From NCBI GenBank assembly GCA_964016885.1, contig OZ024742.1:22072001-22136000 (forward strand): 64,000 nt of DNA, written 5' to 3'. The translations under genes were made by a program, and so were the position numbers. Numbering within the stretch: position 1 is the first letter of the stretch; each line of letters opens with the position of its first letter. This DNA comes from Eledone cirrhosa. Taxonomy: Eukaryota. A model generated the notes under the pieces. That model ran no database searches. It was not told the origin of the DNA and worked only from the letters and a program-made list of their open reading frames with translations. Of this stretch, positions 10,643-24,377 are shown one piece after another.

Positions 10643-13080
10643 ATCATCATCATCATCATCATCATCATCAGGTTTAGCGTCCGTGTTCCACGCTTGCATG
10701 GGTTTGGACGGGGGTTTTCCCACTTGAGGCAAGAGTGGTTGTCTTGCTCGCATAGGACTGTCTGGCGGGTTTTCTACAGTTGGATGCCCTTCCTAACACC
10801 AACCACATTTACAGTGTGGGGCTGGGAGGTTTTTACCGTGTTGCCAACACGGCCTCATTTACAGCGTGGACTGTGTGCTTTTTTGTCGTGACACCTACAC
10901 GATCTCATTTGTTTCGGCCTGGATGTTGTGGGACCAACATAACTTTACATTGAAAGGGGCGGTGTGGATGGGGTGGAGGTGGTGGGACGGGGTTGATAGA
11001 GATGCCTACTGACTGTAGTAGGTTTTTACTTTGTATTTAGGTAAGGCGGGTCTTCTCTATTACTGAGTACCGCCAAAGGTCTCGGTCCAGTGACATTGTC
11101 TTGGAGAGGTGTAAGCGTGTGAGGTCGGAATTTATCAGCTCGTCCCATGTTTTTCTGGGTCTGCCTACTCCGTGGCTACCGTCTATCTTTATTGCCCTGC
11201 ACTTTGTTATACAGCTGTCGTCTTTCATGCGCATCACGTGACCGTACCAACGTAGCCTTCTCTCGAGTAAACAACATCTGATCCCTCTTATTTCTAATTT
11301 TTTCCTTAGTTCGTTTATGCTTTGCCGTTCACGTTTATTACTATTGCACATCCAGCGGAGCATGCAAGCTTCGTTCCTCTCTAGTCTGCGTAAATCCTCT
11401 GCACACAATGCCCAGGTCTCACTGCCATGCAGCATTGCTGTTCGTATGCAGGCATCGTATAACGTGCCTTTCATTTTTAGGGAGAACCCTCTAGCGGCTA
11501 ATAGTGGTATAAGCTCTCTGAACTTTTTCCATCCAGTTCTGACTCTAGCTACTGTACTTTCAGAGCACCCTCCCCCACTGCTGATTTTGTCACCCAGGTA
11601 ACGGAAGCTGTCCACTATTTCTATAGAACCCTCTGCGCAGTTGAGGGAGCTAGTATTTTGTGAGCACTTGCTGCTACTTATTGCACCAGAGCACCGGCCA
11701 CATGTAAAATCTATGTTCTTAGTTAGCTTACCTGTGATCCCACTACATCTTTTATGCACCCAAACTTTGCATTTGGGACATAAAATGGAGTTTCTACCTA
11801 CGCCTTTCCTACACATTGAGCATGGCCATTTCCTAGATGGGACTGCCGCCTTGTTTTCTTTCCTACAAACTAGAACTTTAGTCTTAGCTAGGTTAATTTT
11901 AAGGCCTTTTGATTCTAGGCCGTGCTTCCATGTTTGGAATTTCTTCTCTAGTTCGGTCATTGATTCAGCTATGAGCGTTAGATCATCTGCGTATAGGAGT
12001 TCCCATGGGCAGCCGGTCTTGAACTCCTCTGTTATAGCCTGAAGGGCAATAATAAATAGTAGGGGGCTAAGAACAGAGCCCTGATGGACACCAACTTTTA
12101 CGCTAAACTCTTCACTATATTCGTTGTTAATTCTAACCTTACTGACTGTTTCTTTATACATGGCTTGTATAGCTCTCACAAGCCATTCGTCAACACCTAG
12201 TTTTCTAAGAGACCACCAGATAATGGAACGGGGGACTCTGTCGAAGGCTTTCTCCAAGTCAACAAAAGCTAAGTATAGGGGTTTACTTTTAGCTAGGTAC
12301 TTCTCCTGTAGTTGTCGTACAATGAAAAGAGCGTCTGTGGTACTTTTGCCTGACACAAATCCGAACTGCATTTCATCTAGATCAATTCTCTCTCTGATTA
12401 GTTGCGCTATTACTTTTTCCGTGACCTTCATGACCTGGTCGATTAATTTAATGCCTCCATAGTTACTCCTATCTAGGGCATCTCCTTTTCCCTTATAGCA
12501 GTTAACGATGATGCTGCTACGCCAGTCCTTCGGAACAACCCCATTCTGTACGACTTGGTTAACTATCCGGGTGACCATGGTGTGTCCCACCGAACCAGAT
12601 GCCTTCAGCATCTCAGCAACTATTTCCGAAGGACCAGCCGCCTTACCCATCTTCATATCTTTGATTGCCTTGCTTATTGTACAACCCTGGACTAACACTG
12701 CTGGTCCCTCTATTGGGTCGATGTGGGGGAGACTGTCTTTCTCCCATTTGTTCTCCTCATTTAGAAGCCTTTCGTAGTGACACTTCCAAGCCACCTTCTT
12801 ATCAGCGTCGGTGATGGCAAATATGCCATCATCGTTAAGTACACACTTCTCCCCGACAATATCACGGTTTTCCTTGACACATTGCCTGGCAATCCTGAAC
12901 ACCTCACGTTTTTGGTCCTCACGTTGTAGAACATGCTTGAACTTTCTTTCCTCTGCTTCCCTTCTTGCGAAGTACACTTGTTTCCTAGCTTCCCTCCTGG
13001 CCACTTGATAGTCTTCTCTACTTCCCCCATCCCGCCATGCTTTCCAAGCCTGCTTTTTGGCCTTAATTGACTCCTCCACA
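10643..13080 (-). mobile_element. 5'-truncated RTE LINE, copy 2 (RT frame intact with YADD and PHD)
   Basis: ORF 11037..13166 from EESIK onward is colinear with copy 1; (ATG)n tail. Confidence 0.95.
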
Positions 13081-13115
13081 TGATAATAATGGAGCTGCGG
13101 CGCTGCAAATGGGTT

Positions 13116-13497
13116 ACATATGAAAAAGTTTGTCCTCATCAGTGGCCTTCCAACTGTCGTAGGCATTTCGTCGCATTAAAGGCCATATACCACAGGTTGG
13201 TGCGAGCAACGGCTAAAAAAAGTCGTTGGGACACGTAAATAAGGGGGACGCTAGGGTAAACAAACAAAATGGTTTAAGCAACAGAAAGTGATGAAGAAGA
13301 AACAAGTCCCAGATTTCTATGAATATAAATTCGGTTGCTTAAACCATTTTGTTTGTTTACCCTAGCGTCCCCTTTATTTACGTGTCCCAACGACTTTTTT
13401 TAGCCACTGCTCGCACCAACCTGAGGTATATGGCCTTTAATGCGACGAAATGCCTACGACAGTTGGAAGGCCACTGATGAGGACAAACTTTTTCATA
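13116..13497. repeat. Fold-back element, arms of about 168 bp around a spacer of about 46 bp
   Basis: 13116-13283 is the reverse complement of about 13330-13497. Confidence 0.9.
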
Positions 13498-13533
13498 TAT
13501 ATATATATACATATATATATACACATATACATA

Positions 13534-13605
<72 letters not shown>

Positions 13606-13802
13606 CATATATACATATGCATATATACATATATACATATGCATATATACATATATACATATGCATATATACATGTATATATATACATATATATACATAT
13701 GCATATATACATATACATATATGCATATACATATATGCATATATATATATGCATATATACATATATATTTATACATATATATATATACATATATATTTAT
13801 AC

Positions 13803-13835
<33 letters not shown>

Positions 13836-13854
13836 CATATATACATAAATATAT

Positions 13855-15739
13855 AACCAAGTCATACAGAATGGGGTTGTTCCGAAGGACTGGCATAGCA
13901 GCATCGTCATTAACTGTTACAAGAGTAAAGGAGATGCCCTAGATAGGTGTAACTATAGAGGCATTAAATTAATCGACCAGGTCATGAAGGTCACGGAAAA
14001 AGTAATAGCGCAACTAATCAGAGAGAATTGATCTAGATGAAATGCAGTTCGGGTTTGTGTCAGGCAAAAGTACCAGAGACGCTCTTTTCATTGTACGACA
14101 ACTACAGAAGAAGTACCTAGCTAAAAGTAAACCCCTATACTTAGCTTTTGTTGACTTGGAGAAAGCCTTCTACAGAGTCCCCCGTTCCATTATCTGGTGG
14201 GCTCTTAGAAAACTAGGTGTTGACGAATGGCTTGTGAGAGCTATACAAGCCATGTATAAAGAAACAGTCAGCAAGGTTAGAATTAACAACGAATATAGTG
14301 AAGAGTTTAGCGTAAAAGTTGGTGTCCATCAGGGCTCTGTTCTTAGCCCCCTACTATTTATTATTGCCCTTCAGGCTATAACAGAGGAGTTCAAGACCGG
14401 CTGCCCATGGGAACTCCTATACGCAGATGATCTAACGCTCATAGCTGAATCAATGACCGAACTAGAGAAGAAATTCCAAACATGGAAGCACGGCCTAGAA
14501 TCAAAAGGCCTTAAAATTAACCTGGCTAAGACTAAAGTTCTAGTTTGTAGGAAAGAAAATGAGGCGGCGGTCCCTTCCGGGAAGTGGCCATGCTCAGTGT
14601 GTAGGAAAGGCGTAGGTAGAAACTCCATTTTATGTCCCAAATACAAAGTATGGGTGCACAAAAGATGTAGTGGGATCACAGGTAAGCTAACTAAGAACAT
14701 AGATTTTACATGTGGCCGGTGCTCACAAAATACTAGCTCTTTCAATTGCGCAGAGGGTTCTATAGAAATAGTGGACAGCTTCCGTTACCTGGGCGATAAA
14801 ATCAGCAGTGGGGGAGGGTGCTCTGAAAGTACAGTAGCTAGAGTCAGAACTGGATGGAAAAAGTTCAGAGAGCTTATACCACTATTAGCCGCTAGAGGGT
14901 TCTCCCTAAAAATGAAAGGCACGTTGTATGATGCCTGCATATGAACAGCAATGTTGCATGGCAGTGAAACCTGGGCATTGTGTGCAGAGGATATACGCAG
15001 ACTAGAGAGGAACGAAGCTTGCATGGTCCGCTGGATGTGCAATAGTAATATACGTGAACGGCAAAGCATAAACGAACTAAGGAAAAAATTAGAAATAAGA
15101 GGGATCAGATGTTGTTTACTCGAGAGAAGGCTACCTTGGTACAGTCACGTGATGTGCATGAAAGACGACAGCTGTATAACAAAGTGCAGGGTAATAAAGA
15201 TAGACGGTAGCCACGGAGTAGGCAGACCCAGAAAAACCTGGGACGACATGAAAAATTCCAACCTCACACGCTTACACCTCTCCAAGACAATGTCACTGGA
15301 CCGAGACCTTTGGCGGTACTCAGTAATAGAGAAGACCCGCCTTACCTAAATACAAAGTAAAAACCTACTACAGTCAGTAGGCATCTCTATCAAAACACAC
15401 CCCCGTCCCACCACCCCCACCCCATCCACACCGCCCCTTCAATGTAAAGTTATGTTGGTGCCTCAACATCCAGACCGAAACAAATGAGATTGTGTAGGTG
15501 TCACGACAAAAAACAAACAGTCCACGCTGTAAATGTGGCCGTGTAGGCAACACGGTAAAAACCTCCAGCCCCACACTGTAAATGTGGTTGGTGTTAGGAA
15601 GGGCATCCAGCTGTAGAAAACCAGCCAGACAGTCCTATGCGAGCAAGACAACCACTCTTGCCGCAAGTGGGAAAACCCCCGTACAAACCCATGCAAGCGT
15701 GGAACACGGACGCTAAACCTTGATGATGATGATGATGAT
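13855..15739 (+). mobile_element. 5'-truncated RTE LINE, copy 3 (frameshifts, TGA at 14942, 27-bp deletion)
   Basis: ORFs 14042..14944 and 14951..15349; 3' UTR; (ATG)n tail. Confidence 0.95.
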
Positions 15740-15767
15740 ATATATACATAAATATATATATACATAA

Positions 15768-15828
<61 letters not shown>

Positions 15829-15902
15829 CATATATATATACATAATAGTGGTATATACATATATATATACATATATATATACATATATATATACATATAT
15901 AT

Positions 15903-16245
15903 CATTTCATCATTTCATTTCATTTTACGTCCTCTTTTCCCTGCTTGCAAGGGAGGGACGGGGAACTGATTCTGGCTTGATTTCTACAGCTGGATGCCCT
16001 TCCTAACACCAACCTCATTTACAGTGAGTGCTGGGTGCTTTTTTGCCGTGGCGCCTACACGTCCACTTTGCAGTGGAATGATAGGGAACCCAGTCCCTAT
16101 CATCTCATTTCTACAGCTGAGTAAACTGGAGCAATGTGAAATTAAGTGTCTTGCTCAAGGAAACAACACATCACCCGGTCTGAGAATTGAACTCACAACC
16201 TTTTGATTGCAAGGCCAATACTCTAACCACTAAGCCATGTGCCTC
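15903..16245 (-). mobile_element. tRNA/CORE-like SINE
   Basis: Same family as 67-390. Confidence 0.85.
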
Positions 16246-16251
16246 CATATG

Positions 16252-16359
<108 letters not shown>

Positions 16360-16404
16360 TATATATATATATATATATATCATATATATATATATATATA
16401 TATG

Positions 16405-17795
16405 TAGGAGGTGAGTTTTATTGTAGTACAATAAAGCAATGCAGATATCGGATAAGAAGCACTCTACAGTTTGTAGGACTGGAGTATGCATAATATAAGA
16501 TCAAAAGATGGTTAAAGGAGTTCCATGTATTTTATTATGCGCATTTCAAAAACAAACATCATCATGCAATAATATTTGTGTTTTCATCAGATAAAACAGG
16601 AGAACATGATATGAAGGCTAAAAAACACTTGTGGATAGTGCAGTTTTAAATCAACATATGAAAAGTGGTTTTAGATTGATGTGTGATATTGGGAAAAAAT
16701 ATTTTATTTAGAGAGGGGGGGGTTGGAAAGGATGAAAAGGGAAGGAGATGAGAGGGAGAGATGGGTGATAGAGAGAAAGAGATAGTTTTTATAACTGAGA
16801 GGAGATATATTTTTTACATAGAGAGGTTGAAAACCGTTGGAAGATACTGTATAAATTAAAAATTTTGAAAATTAACGAAGGGAGGATATGTGCGAGGAAA
16901 AAATATTTTATTTAGGGAGGGGGGGATGAAAAAAAGGGGGAGGAGATGAGAGTGAAGGTGGAGAGGGAGAGATGGGTGATAGAGAGAAAGAGATAGTTTT
17001 TATAACTGAGAAAAAGATATATTGTTTTAACATAGAGAGGTTGGGAACCGTTGGAAGATAATGTATAAATTAAAGGAATTTGAAAATTAACGAAGGGAAA
17101 TTATGTATGAAGATAGAGAGAAAAAAAAAAAATAATAATTGTGGATGAATATTCTAACGTCAAAAAAGAAATGTATATATTGTGGCAATTTCAAAATTAA
17201 CGAAGAGAAAAATTATTAAGGTTTGTGTGTAGAAGGATTTGAGAAAAATAATGTGAAGTTAAAGTTTGTATATTGGTTGAATTGATAATATATGCGAATA
17301 AAGAGTTAATATGTATTAATAATGAGTTCGTTGATGGGGAGAAAAAAATAATAAATTAAGGATGAAATTGAGATTAAAAAGATTTATGATAGAGAGAAAA
17401 AATAATAATGATTGCGGATGAATATTGTATATGTTATGATTTTACAAGGTGAAGATAGAATGAGGGTAATGAGTAAACAAGTATTATAGAGTGTATAATG
17501 CCCTTTAAAGTAAGGTAGATGGGTATATTTTAAAGAGGTGTATGTATATGTGCCTTTGAGAAAAGATTCTAAATTGATAACGAAATGAATATTAACTGTA
17601 TACTTTGTGAAAAGTTCTATGGAATTTATGCAGGCAGATAGAAAACAAATCTGTGCGTCTATTTATTATAGAATCTAGGTTAGAGATAATGGTAAATTTT
17701 TCATTTAGGCAGAGATTACAGATTTTAGATAGAGAGCTGTTCAAGTATGAGGATGCAGAAGAAGATTTCTTCTGCATCCTCATACTTGAACAGCT
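16405..17795 (-). mobile_element. Penelope-like element 3' relic (endonuclease C-terminus, repeated UTR, hammerhead)
   Basis: ORF 17592..17783 ASSY..CNLCLNEKFTII..INRRTDLFSICLH resembles the C-terminal CxLCxxEK..CxH segment of PLE GIY-YIG endonucleases; direct repeats at about 16696-16882 and 16900-17097; flanked by (TA)n. Confidence 0.75.
16529..16597 (-). ncRNA. Minimal type I hammerhead ribozyme
   Basis: ttttat-CTGATGA-aaacacaaat..tttgttttt-GAAA-tgcgca-TA-ataaaa; palindromic stem III. Confidence 0.8.
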
Positions 17796-17877
17796 ATATA
17801 TATATATATATATATATATATCATATATATATATATATATATATATATCATATATATATATATATAGATATATATAA

Positions 17878-18378
17878 ATAGACGGTAGCCACGAAAAACC
17901 TGGGACGACTTGATAAATTCCGACCTCACACGCTTACACCTCTCCAAGATGTCACTGGACCGAGATCTTTGGCGGTACTCAGTAATAGAGAAGACCCGCC
18001 TTACCTAAATACAAAGTAAAACCTACTACAGTCAGTAGGCACCTCTAACAAAATACACCCCCGTCCCACTACCCCCACCCCACCCACACCGCCCCTTTCA
18101 ATGTAAAGTTATGTTGGTACCACAACATCCAGGCCAAAACAAATGAGGTCGTGTAGGTGTCACGACAAAAAAAACACACAGTGCACGCTGTAATGTTGCC
18201 GTGTAGGTAACACGGTAAAAACCTCCCAGATCCACACTGTAAATGTGGTTGGTGTTAGGAAGGGCATCCAGCTGTAGAAAACCCGCCAGACAGTCCTATG
18301 CAAGCAAGACAACCACTCTTGCCTCAAGTGGGAAAACTCCCGTCCAAACCCATGGATGTTAAACGATGATGATGATGA
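17878..18378 (+). mobile_element. RTE LINE 3' fragment, copy 4
   Basis: Matches the 3' end of copies 1-3. Confidence 0.9.
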
Positions 18379-18385
18379 TATATAT

Positions 18386-18421
<36 letters not shown>

Positions 18422-19077
18422 CGAAAGGTCTGTTTGTGTGTAGAAATAACGTTTCTTTACAGAAAACTGATTTTGTATTCCTCTGCTCTTCGTGTTGCAT
18501 ATAAACACCAAACTTTTGGCAATGGCATCATATTTAATTATAAAACCAAAATTGAATGCTGCCAATGCAAATATCGAGAAATAAGCTTTTCACTACCTTA
18601 ACCATTCTCATTCCTACTTTTAATGCTATAAGCCTGTGCAATTTTACCTTGCTGTGTATTATGGTTTATCATTGAGCTAAAGATATTTTTCCCTACCTTT
18701 CCATTATTCATTACCAACAAAAGGTGAAGTTCTATTCTAACTCCTTATTTTCCATTCAATCAATTACTCTCCAAGATCAATTCCTGCTCAGATTTTATGC
18801 AGTTCACTGTCTGCTGCCACCTCTATTAATCTCTGTGAAAGTCACTCCTTATGTGTTTGTTCTTAGATCCAGCCTGACTGTGACAGTTGCTGATGGCAAC
18901 AGCAACATGAATCTGTTATAATGATGTAATATGTATTTAGTTCAACCACCAACAAAGTACATCATTTTCATATTGGAAACTATCTACTATATAGGTAATG
19001 TTCAAAAGAGCTATGTTACAGTCTTATTAGCTTTAATCCAATACATACATATATGTGTATATATATATATGTATATA

Positions 19078-19275
19078 GGAAAATGTTCAAGACCCCAACA
19101 GTAGAGCTCAAGCCGTTTCAAAGCTATTTCTTAGTCCAGAAATAGCCGTTGAAATGGCTGGAGCTCTGCCGTCGGGATCTTGAACATTTTTCTATTGCCC
19201 ACTCTACTACCCAAAGTATTGAGTACTCTGGTGCATTATGGTCCACCTGGTTCTTTACCACACTTTCTTTGTTTT
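19078..19275 (+). mobile_element. Fold-back short element (family also at 25025-25230, 35828-35962, diverged 29185-29340)
   Basis: gagctcaagccgtttc..gaaatggctggagctc hairpin, then the shared tail ccactctactacc..gtattgagtact..tatggtcca; TA-flanked. Confidence 0.7.
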
Positions 19276-19944
19276 TTATATATATATATATATATGTATA
19301 GCTCATATAGAAAATATCTATATGCGTGTGTAATTAATACACGCATACATTTATTTTTTTAATTTCAATTGAGTTCTTAACACGTTGGATTGATAATGTT
19401 TTTGAAAAAACTAATTAACCCACGTGTTTATTATTTTCTTTTCTCGTGAATCGTGGTTGTCTCCCTTTCCCGCTTAGTGACGCTATGATACTTCCTCAGT
19501 CAAAAGACTGCTGGAATTTCAAATTTGGCAGTCATTCGATGCGTGAAGGAGCAGCTTAGCAGACACGATTTTTAACTGCGGTAAGAATTTTTTCTTATAT
19601 CAAAGTTTAATAGGCTTCCACTGAAGATTTATAAGTGCCCACCTAAATATATTCTTACATGAATATATGTTAGGCTTCTACATAAACTGGAAACATTCTC
19701 CCAATTTGTAAAAAACTTATAATGAAACAATTGTTTGGAAAGAGAGATATATTTTAACTTTAATTATATCTCATAAAATAATACAACTGGCTTTCCACAA
19801 AATACATATAGTTAGCACCCCACACACTTAAATTGGGTTTATACTAACATATAACCTAATGTTTGTTGAGTGAGATGGTTACCAGTTGGAGTTTAGCTTT
19901 AAGCTATCTCTGTTATTGTATTAAATATATATATGTATATATAT

Positions 19945-20435
19945 ATCATTATCATCATTGATTAACATCTATCTTCCACGCTAGTACGGGTTGGACAGGT
20001 CCCATTTAGAGGCAAGTTGGGTCGGGTGACCATCTCTCGCTCATATAGGAGTGTTTCTGGTTGATTTTCTATGGCTGTATGCCCTTCATAACGCAAACCA
20101 CATTGGCAGTATGTGCTGGGTGCTTTTTGCTGTGTCTTTTACACATCCACTTTACAGAGTGGGCTGGGTTGTTTTGGGGCTGGTTTTCTACAGTTGGATG
20201 TCCTTCCTAAAGCCAACCACATTGACAGTGTGGGCTGGGTGCTTTTTGGCGTGTTTTTAACACGTCCACTTTACAGTGTGGGCTGGGTGCTTTTTGGCGT
20301 GTTTTTACACGTCCACTTTACAGAGTGGGCTGGGTTTTTGGGGGCTGGTTTTCTATGGCTGGATGTCCTTCCTAACACCAACCACATTGACAGTGTTTGC
20401 TGGGTGCTTTTTTCCATGTCTTTTACACATCCCAT
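19945..20435 (-). mobile_element. RTE-tail element with tandemly expanded 3' UTR module (similar at 31580-31810 and 58045-58530)
   Basis: Repeated ccactttacagtgtgggctgggtgcttttt units next to a ggatgcccttcc-type motif. Confidence 0.6.
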
Positions 20436-20559
20436 ATTTCAGACACTTGTCCTTCTTTAGAAAGAGAGAATATTGATGTTTTAACTTTAATATGATGGGC
20501 TACAAAAGACTCTGGTTATTCATCAGAAATACAATAACTAATATATGATTTTTACTTAC

Positions 20560-21676
20560 TTTGTTTTGATTTTCTCCAAGATCTTTCGACTGTTTCCTCG
20601 GGGTACTTTGAGCAGGGTACTTTTTGCGATCCAATGAAGAAAATTTAGATTTGGAATCAGGATCAGGTGAGGTTGATCTTTTATTCAAAGTTGAAGTTTG
20701 TGATGATGAATGTGGTAGAGTTGATGATTTAGGAGAATTTGGCATTGATGAACTTGCTGATGGGTAAATGGAATCGTTATCTCGATTTGTTTTGGGAGAG
20801 TTTGGTGTAGAAACAGTTATATTTGTTGATGATGTGGCTAAGGATAAAGTACTATGAGAGAGGGACTTGTTTAATGTTGAGGATGATGTGGAGTCTGGAG
20901 GCTTTGGTGCAGCCTTTTTGCTCCGACCAGCAACTAAAGTGAAACCTCCAGTCAAAACAGTTTTACCACCAAATAAAGTCTCAATAATGATATCTCCTTG
21001 ACCAGTCGGGCCAGGCATGGTGTCACAGTAAATCTGTCCTGAAGATTCATATGCCAACGTAGAAAGACAATCAACATCACAAATACGTAGTGTAATTATA
21101 TCAGATTTCTTTAAACCTAGGTTTTCTCCAACAATTGTAATCCTTGTGCCACCCGCTGCTGAGCCATTATTTGGGGTTACATAAGATATTTCAGGTTCAA
21201 CTCCAGCACAGTTTAAATTGAAAGTACTTAAAGCTTTTAATCTCTTTGGTGCAGCCTCTGATTCCTCATCATCGGAACCATCAGCTTTTGATAAACTAAA
21301 AATATCATGAAAAGAGCGAGATATTTTTTTATTCAGGTTGGAAAGGGGACCAGATGACTTTGGTTCTTTCTTAAATAAATTACCAGAGAAACCTGGTGAC
21401 CGTTTAAGAGTGAGAAAGGGATTACTTGTGAGCCAACTATGTCTTCTTGGCTTAGAATGTTCCTCAATTTCTCCAATTTCTCGGTATTTAGAAACAAAGC
21501 ACTGATATATTAAACTGCCTTTTGGCTTGGAATTCTTCTTGTGCGGTTGTAAGGCTGTACAAATAACTCTTCCTTTTGCTCCACGAAGAGAAGCTATTGG
21601 AACCAATATTTGACCCAAAATATCTTCTTTTTCTGTGACGTTGAAGAATAAAACATCTGATGAATTATTTATGGAG
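20560..21676 (-). CDS. Host gene large exon: C2 C-terminal half, linker, IPT/TIG domain (Sec5/EXOC2-like, about 21198-20930), Ser/Thr-rich region
   Basis: tttctctttcAG acceptor, GTAAGT donor, 1117 nt, phase 2/0, open frame (ORF 20500..21618); PEISYVTPNNG..GGTRITIVGENLG..ICDVDCL..GDIIIETLFGG. Confidence 0.9.
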
Positions 21677-22143
21677 CTGAAAGAGAAATTTAATGGCCAA
21701 GTTAATGAAATACATCAGCTAATACTATCTCACAGACACATGCTCCACAAAAACACACAAGCATACATGAACACACATGCACACACATGCACAAACGCAT
21801 GCATACACAAACAGACATGCACACACTTACACACATACATACATGTGTGCACAATTAAAAGGAAAGAGCATTCAACAGATTTCCAGAAGTTTAAATATTC
21901 ATCTTAACAGTTTGACTAAGTTGTATTACCTGAAGTTTTACAGATGTGAGAAATATGACTGATCTATCAAATATTTCTGTAAATGTGATTGTCATTAGGA
22001 AGGGCATCCAGACATAGAAACCAAGTCAAAATCAGTTCTGTGTGAGCAAAACACAGTCGTCTGACCTGGCTTGTCTCACAACAGGACAGCTTCTCTAACC
22101 CATACTAGCATAGACAATGGACATTAAACAATGATGATGAGTG

Positions 22144-22211
<68 letters not shown>

Positions 22212-22233
<22 letters not shown>

Positions 22234-22571
22234 CACATGGCTTAGAGGTTAGAGCATTGGCCTTGCAATCAAAAGATTGTGAGTTCAATTCTCAGACCGG
22301 GTGATGTGTTATTTCCTTGAGCAAGACACTTTATTTCACATTGCTCCAGTTTACTCAGCTGTAGAAATGAGATGATAGGACTGGGGTCCATATCATTCCA
22401 CTGCAAAGTGGTCGTGGAGGTGCCACGGCAAAAAAGCACCCAGCACTCACTGTAAATGAGGTTGGTGTTAGGAAGGGCATCCAACTGTAGAAACCAAGCT
22501 AGCATCAGTTCCCGTCCCACCCTTGCAAGCAGGGAAAAAGCGGACGTAAAATGAAATGATGATGATGATGA
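22212..22571 (+). mobile_element. tRNA/CORE-like SINE with RTE tail, full length
   Basis: A/B boxes, ccttgagcaagacacttt, ggaagggcatcc, (ATG)n; preceded by (GA)n. Confidence 0.9.
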
Positions 22572-22862
22572 AGTAGGGAATAGTTTTTCTCTCAAATGAT
22601 ATATTGAAAACATGATTGCCCTCTCATCCAGTTTCATAATTATTGTTAACATTTTTTTTGTATTTCCTTGTTAGTTTTTATGCTTTGTCTCAAACATTAA
22701 CATTCTTACATCTCTGTGTGTACTGAAACTTTAAACCTTCCACAGCTCCATCTTCAGTACAACAATGGTAATACTAATGGTAATAATAGTCACATGCTTA
22801 ACAGTGGTCATAAAGGTTAAGAACAGCAGGGGATCATGGACACTTGATTTAAAATTTCTTAA

Positions 22863-23116
22863 CCCTTTAGCATTTAAACCGGCCATATCCGTCCAGAATT
22901 CTCTCACCTTTTTCTGTTCAAACCAGCCATAACTGGCTGCTCATACTGACGTTATGGTATTGATCTCAAAATAAATAATATCATAATCTCGTAGAGTTTA
23001 TCTTATGTGAGATAATTAAGTGAGATAATTATTTTTGTGGTAATAGCTTCATCTTAGATGAAGCTTTTACCACAAAAAAACAATAGTATATATAGAGTAA
23101 TGTAAATGCTAAAGGG
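22863..23116. mobile_element. piggyBac-like MITE
   Basis: TTAA on both sides; TIR CCCTTTAGCATTTA. Confidence 0.85.
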
Positions 23117-24168
23117 TTAATGGTTCATGTATTACTGTTATAATTTGTACGATATGTGAGTTTTTGGCTTATTTTCTAATATTAGGCGACAAATTGACAG
23201 AGTTGTTAGAATATCAGATAGAATGTTTTACAATGTTCATTCTGGCTCTGCTCTCTGTGTTCAAGTCCCACCAAAGTCAGCTTTGCCATTCATACAGTTG
23301 AGGCTGATTTTAAAAAAGTAAGGTCACTTCGTCTCTCTCACTTCATCTCTTTCTCACTTTCTATCTTTCATTTTCTATCTTTCACTTCCTCTCTTTCACT
23401 TCCTCTCTTTCACTTCCTCTCTTTCACTTCCTCTCTTTCACTGGAAGAAATCTGCTATGTTCAGACCTGCAGAGAAGATGGGCTCTGCTGGGTTTGAAGT
23501 ACCCAAGAAACAGTGTATGCCACTATGGCACTCTAACAATTCCATTAGGAATCATGGAATTATGGGACCACACCATACTATTAGTAATGCCTCTATAGTC
23601 GTTCACCTTGTTTTGTGTAAAATTCTATATAGAGTTCTAGTGTTATCAACTAATGTAGCCATATTTGATTTTTTTTTACATGAAAATGTGTTGCAATAGC
23701 TCCTTGTTGCAAGTGCAGAGTTAACTGACAGGAAAGTGTTGTTTGTGTGACCAATGTAATAATTTTGATTGTGAAGTTCGAAACTTTCAAGTCACATTGA
23801 AATTTGTAGTGTACATTGGTTGTCTTAATATACTACAAAAATACCAAAATATAAAATCTTCTCATGATCACAAAAAAGAGACTTATAAACCACAGAGCAT
23901 ACTGCCGATGACCAATGTAATAGCACTCACTCCATCCTGTAAGGTGGTCATGTTGGTGACAACAAAGACCACCCAGTCCACACTGTTAGATGGTTGCTTT
24001 AATGCAAAAAAAAAAAAAAAACACCCACTCCACACTGTAATGTGTGGAAAGGCATCCAAACATAGAAATCAAGTCAAAATACAGATTTGTACAAATAAGA
24101 CATGGTCTGACATGTCTCATAACACGACAGCCCATCTAATCCATGCAATCATGGACAATAAACATTAA

Positions 24169-24377
24169 CCCTTTAGTATTTTACATTACTCTATGTTTAC
24201 TGTTTTATTTTCTTGGTAAAGGCTTTACTTCACATAATATCGAAACTATGAGATTTTAATATTATTTATTTGGAGAACAATATCTTAAAATCAGTATGAG
24301 TGGCCAGTCACAGCCCTTTTGAACAGAAAGGGGTGAGAGAATTCTGTCCAGATATGGCCAGTTTAAATGCTAAAGGG
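24169..24377. mobile_element. piggyBac-like MITE, inverted copy (partial copies about 29030-29180, 34710-34928, 56142-56350)
   Basis: TTAA flanks, CCCTTTAG TIRs, shared internal sequence. Confidence 0.8.

Noticed and set aside
13440-13490. GAAA...CTGATGAG in the palindrome arm as a type II hammerhead, SECIS or HDV-like ribozyme
   Set aside because: Required stems could not be paired by eye
13378-13942. YI/CV/HT-rich ORFs here and throughout the window
   Set aside because: Stop-free frames of (TA)n, (CA)n and (CAT)n microsatellites
22212-22285. tRNA genes at SINE heads
   Set aside because: A/B boxes only, no complete cloverleaf, and they continue into SINE bodies
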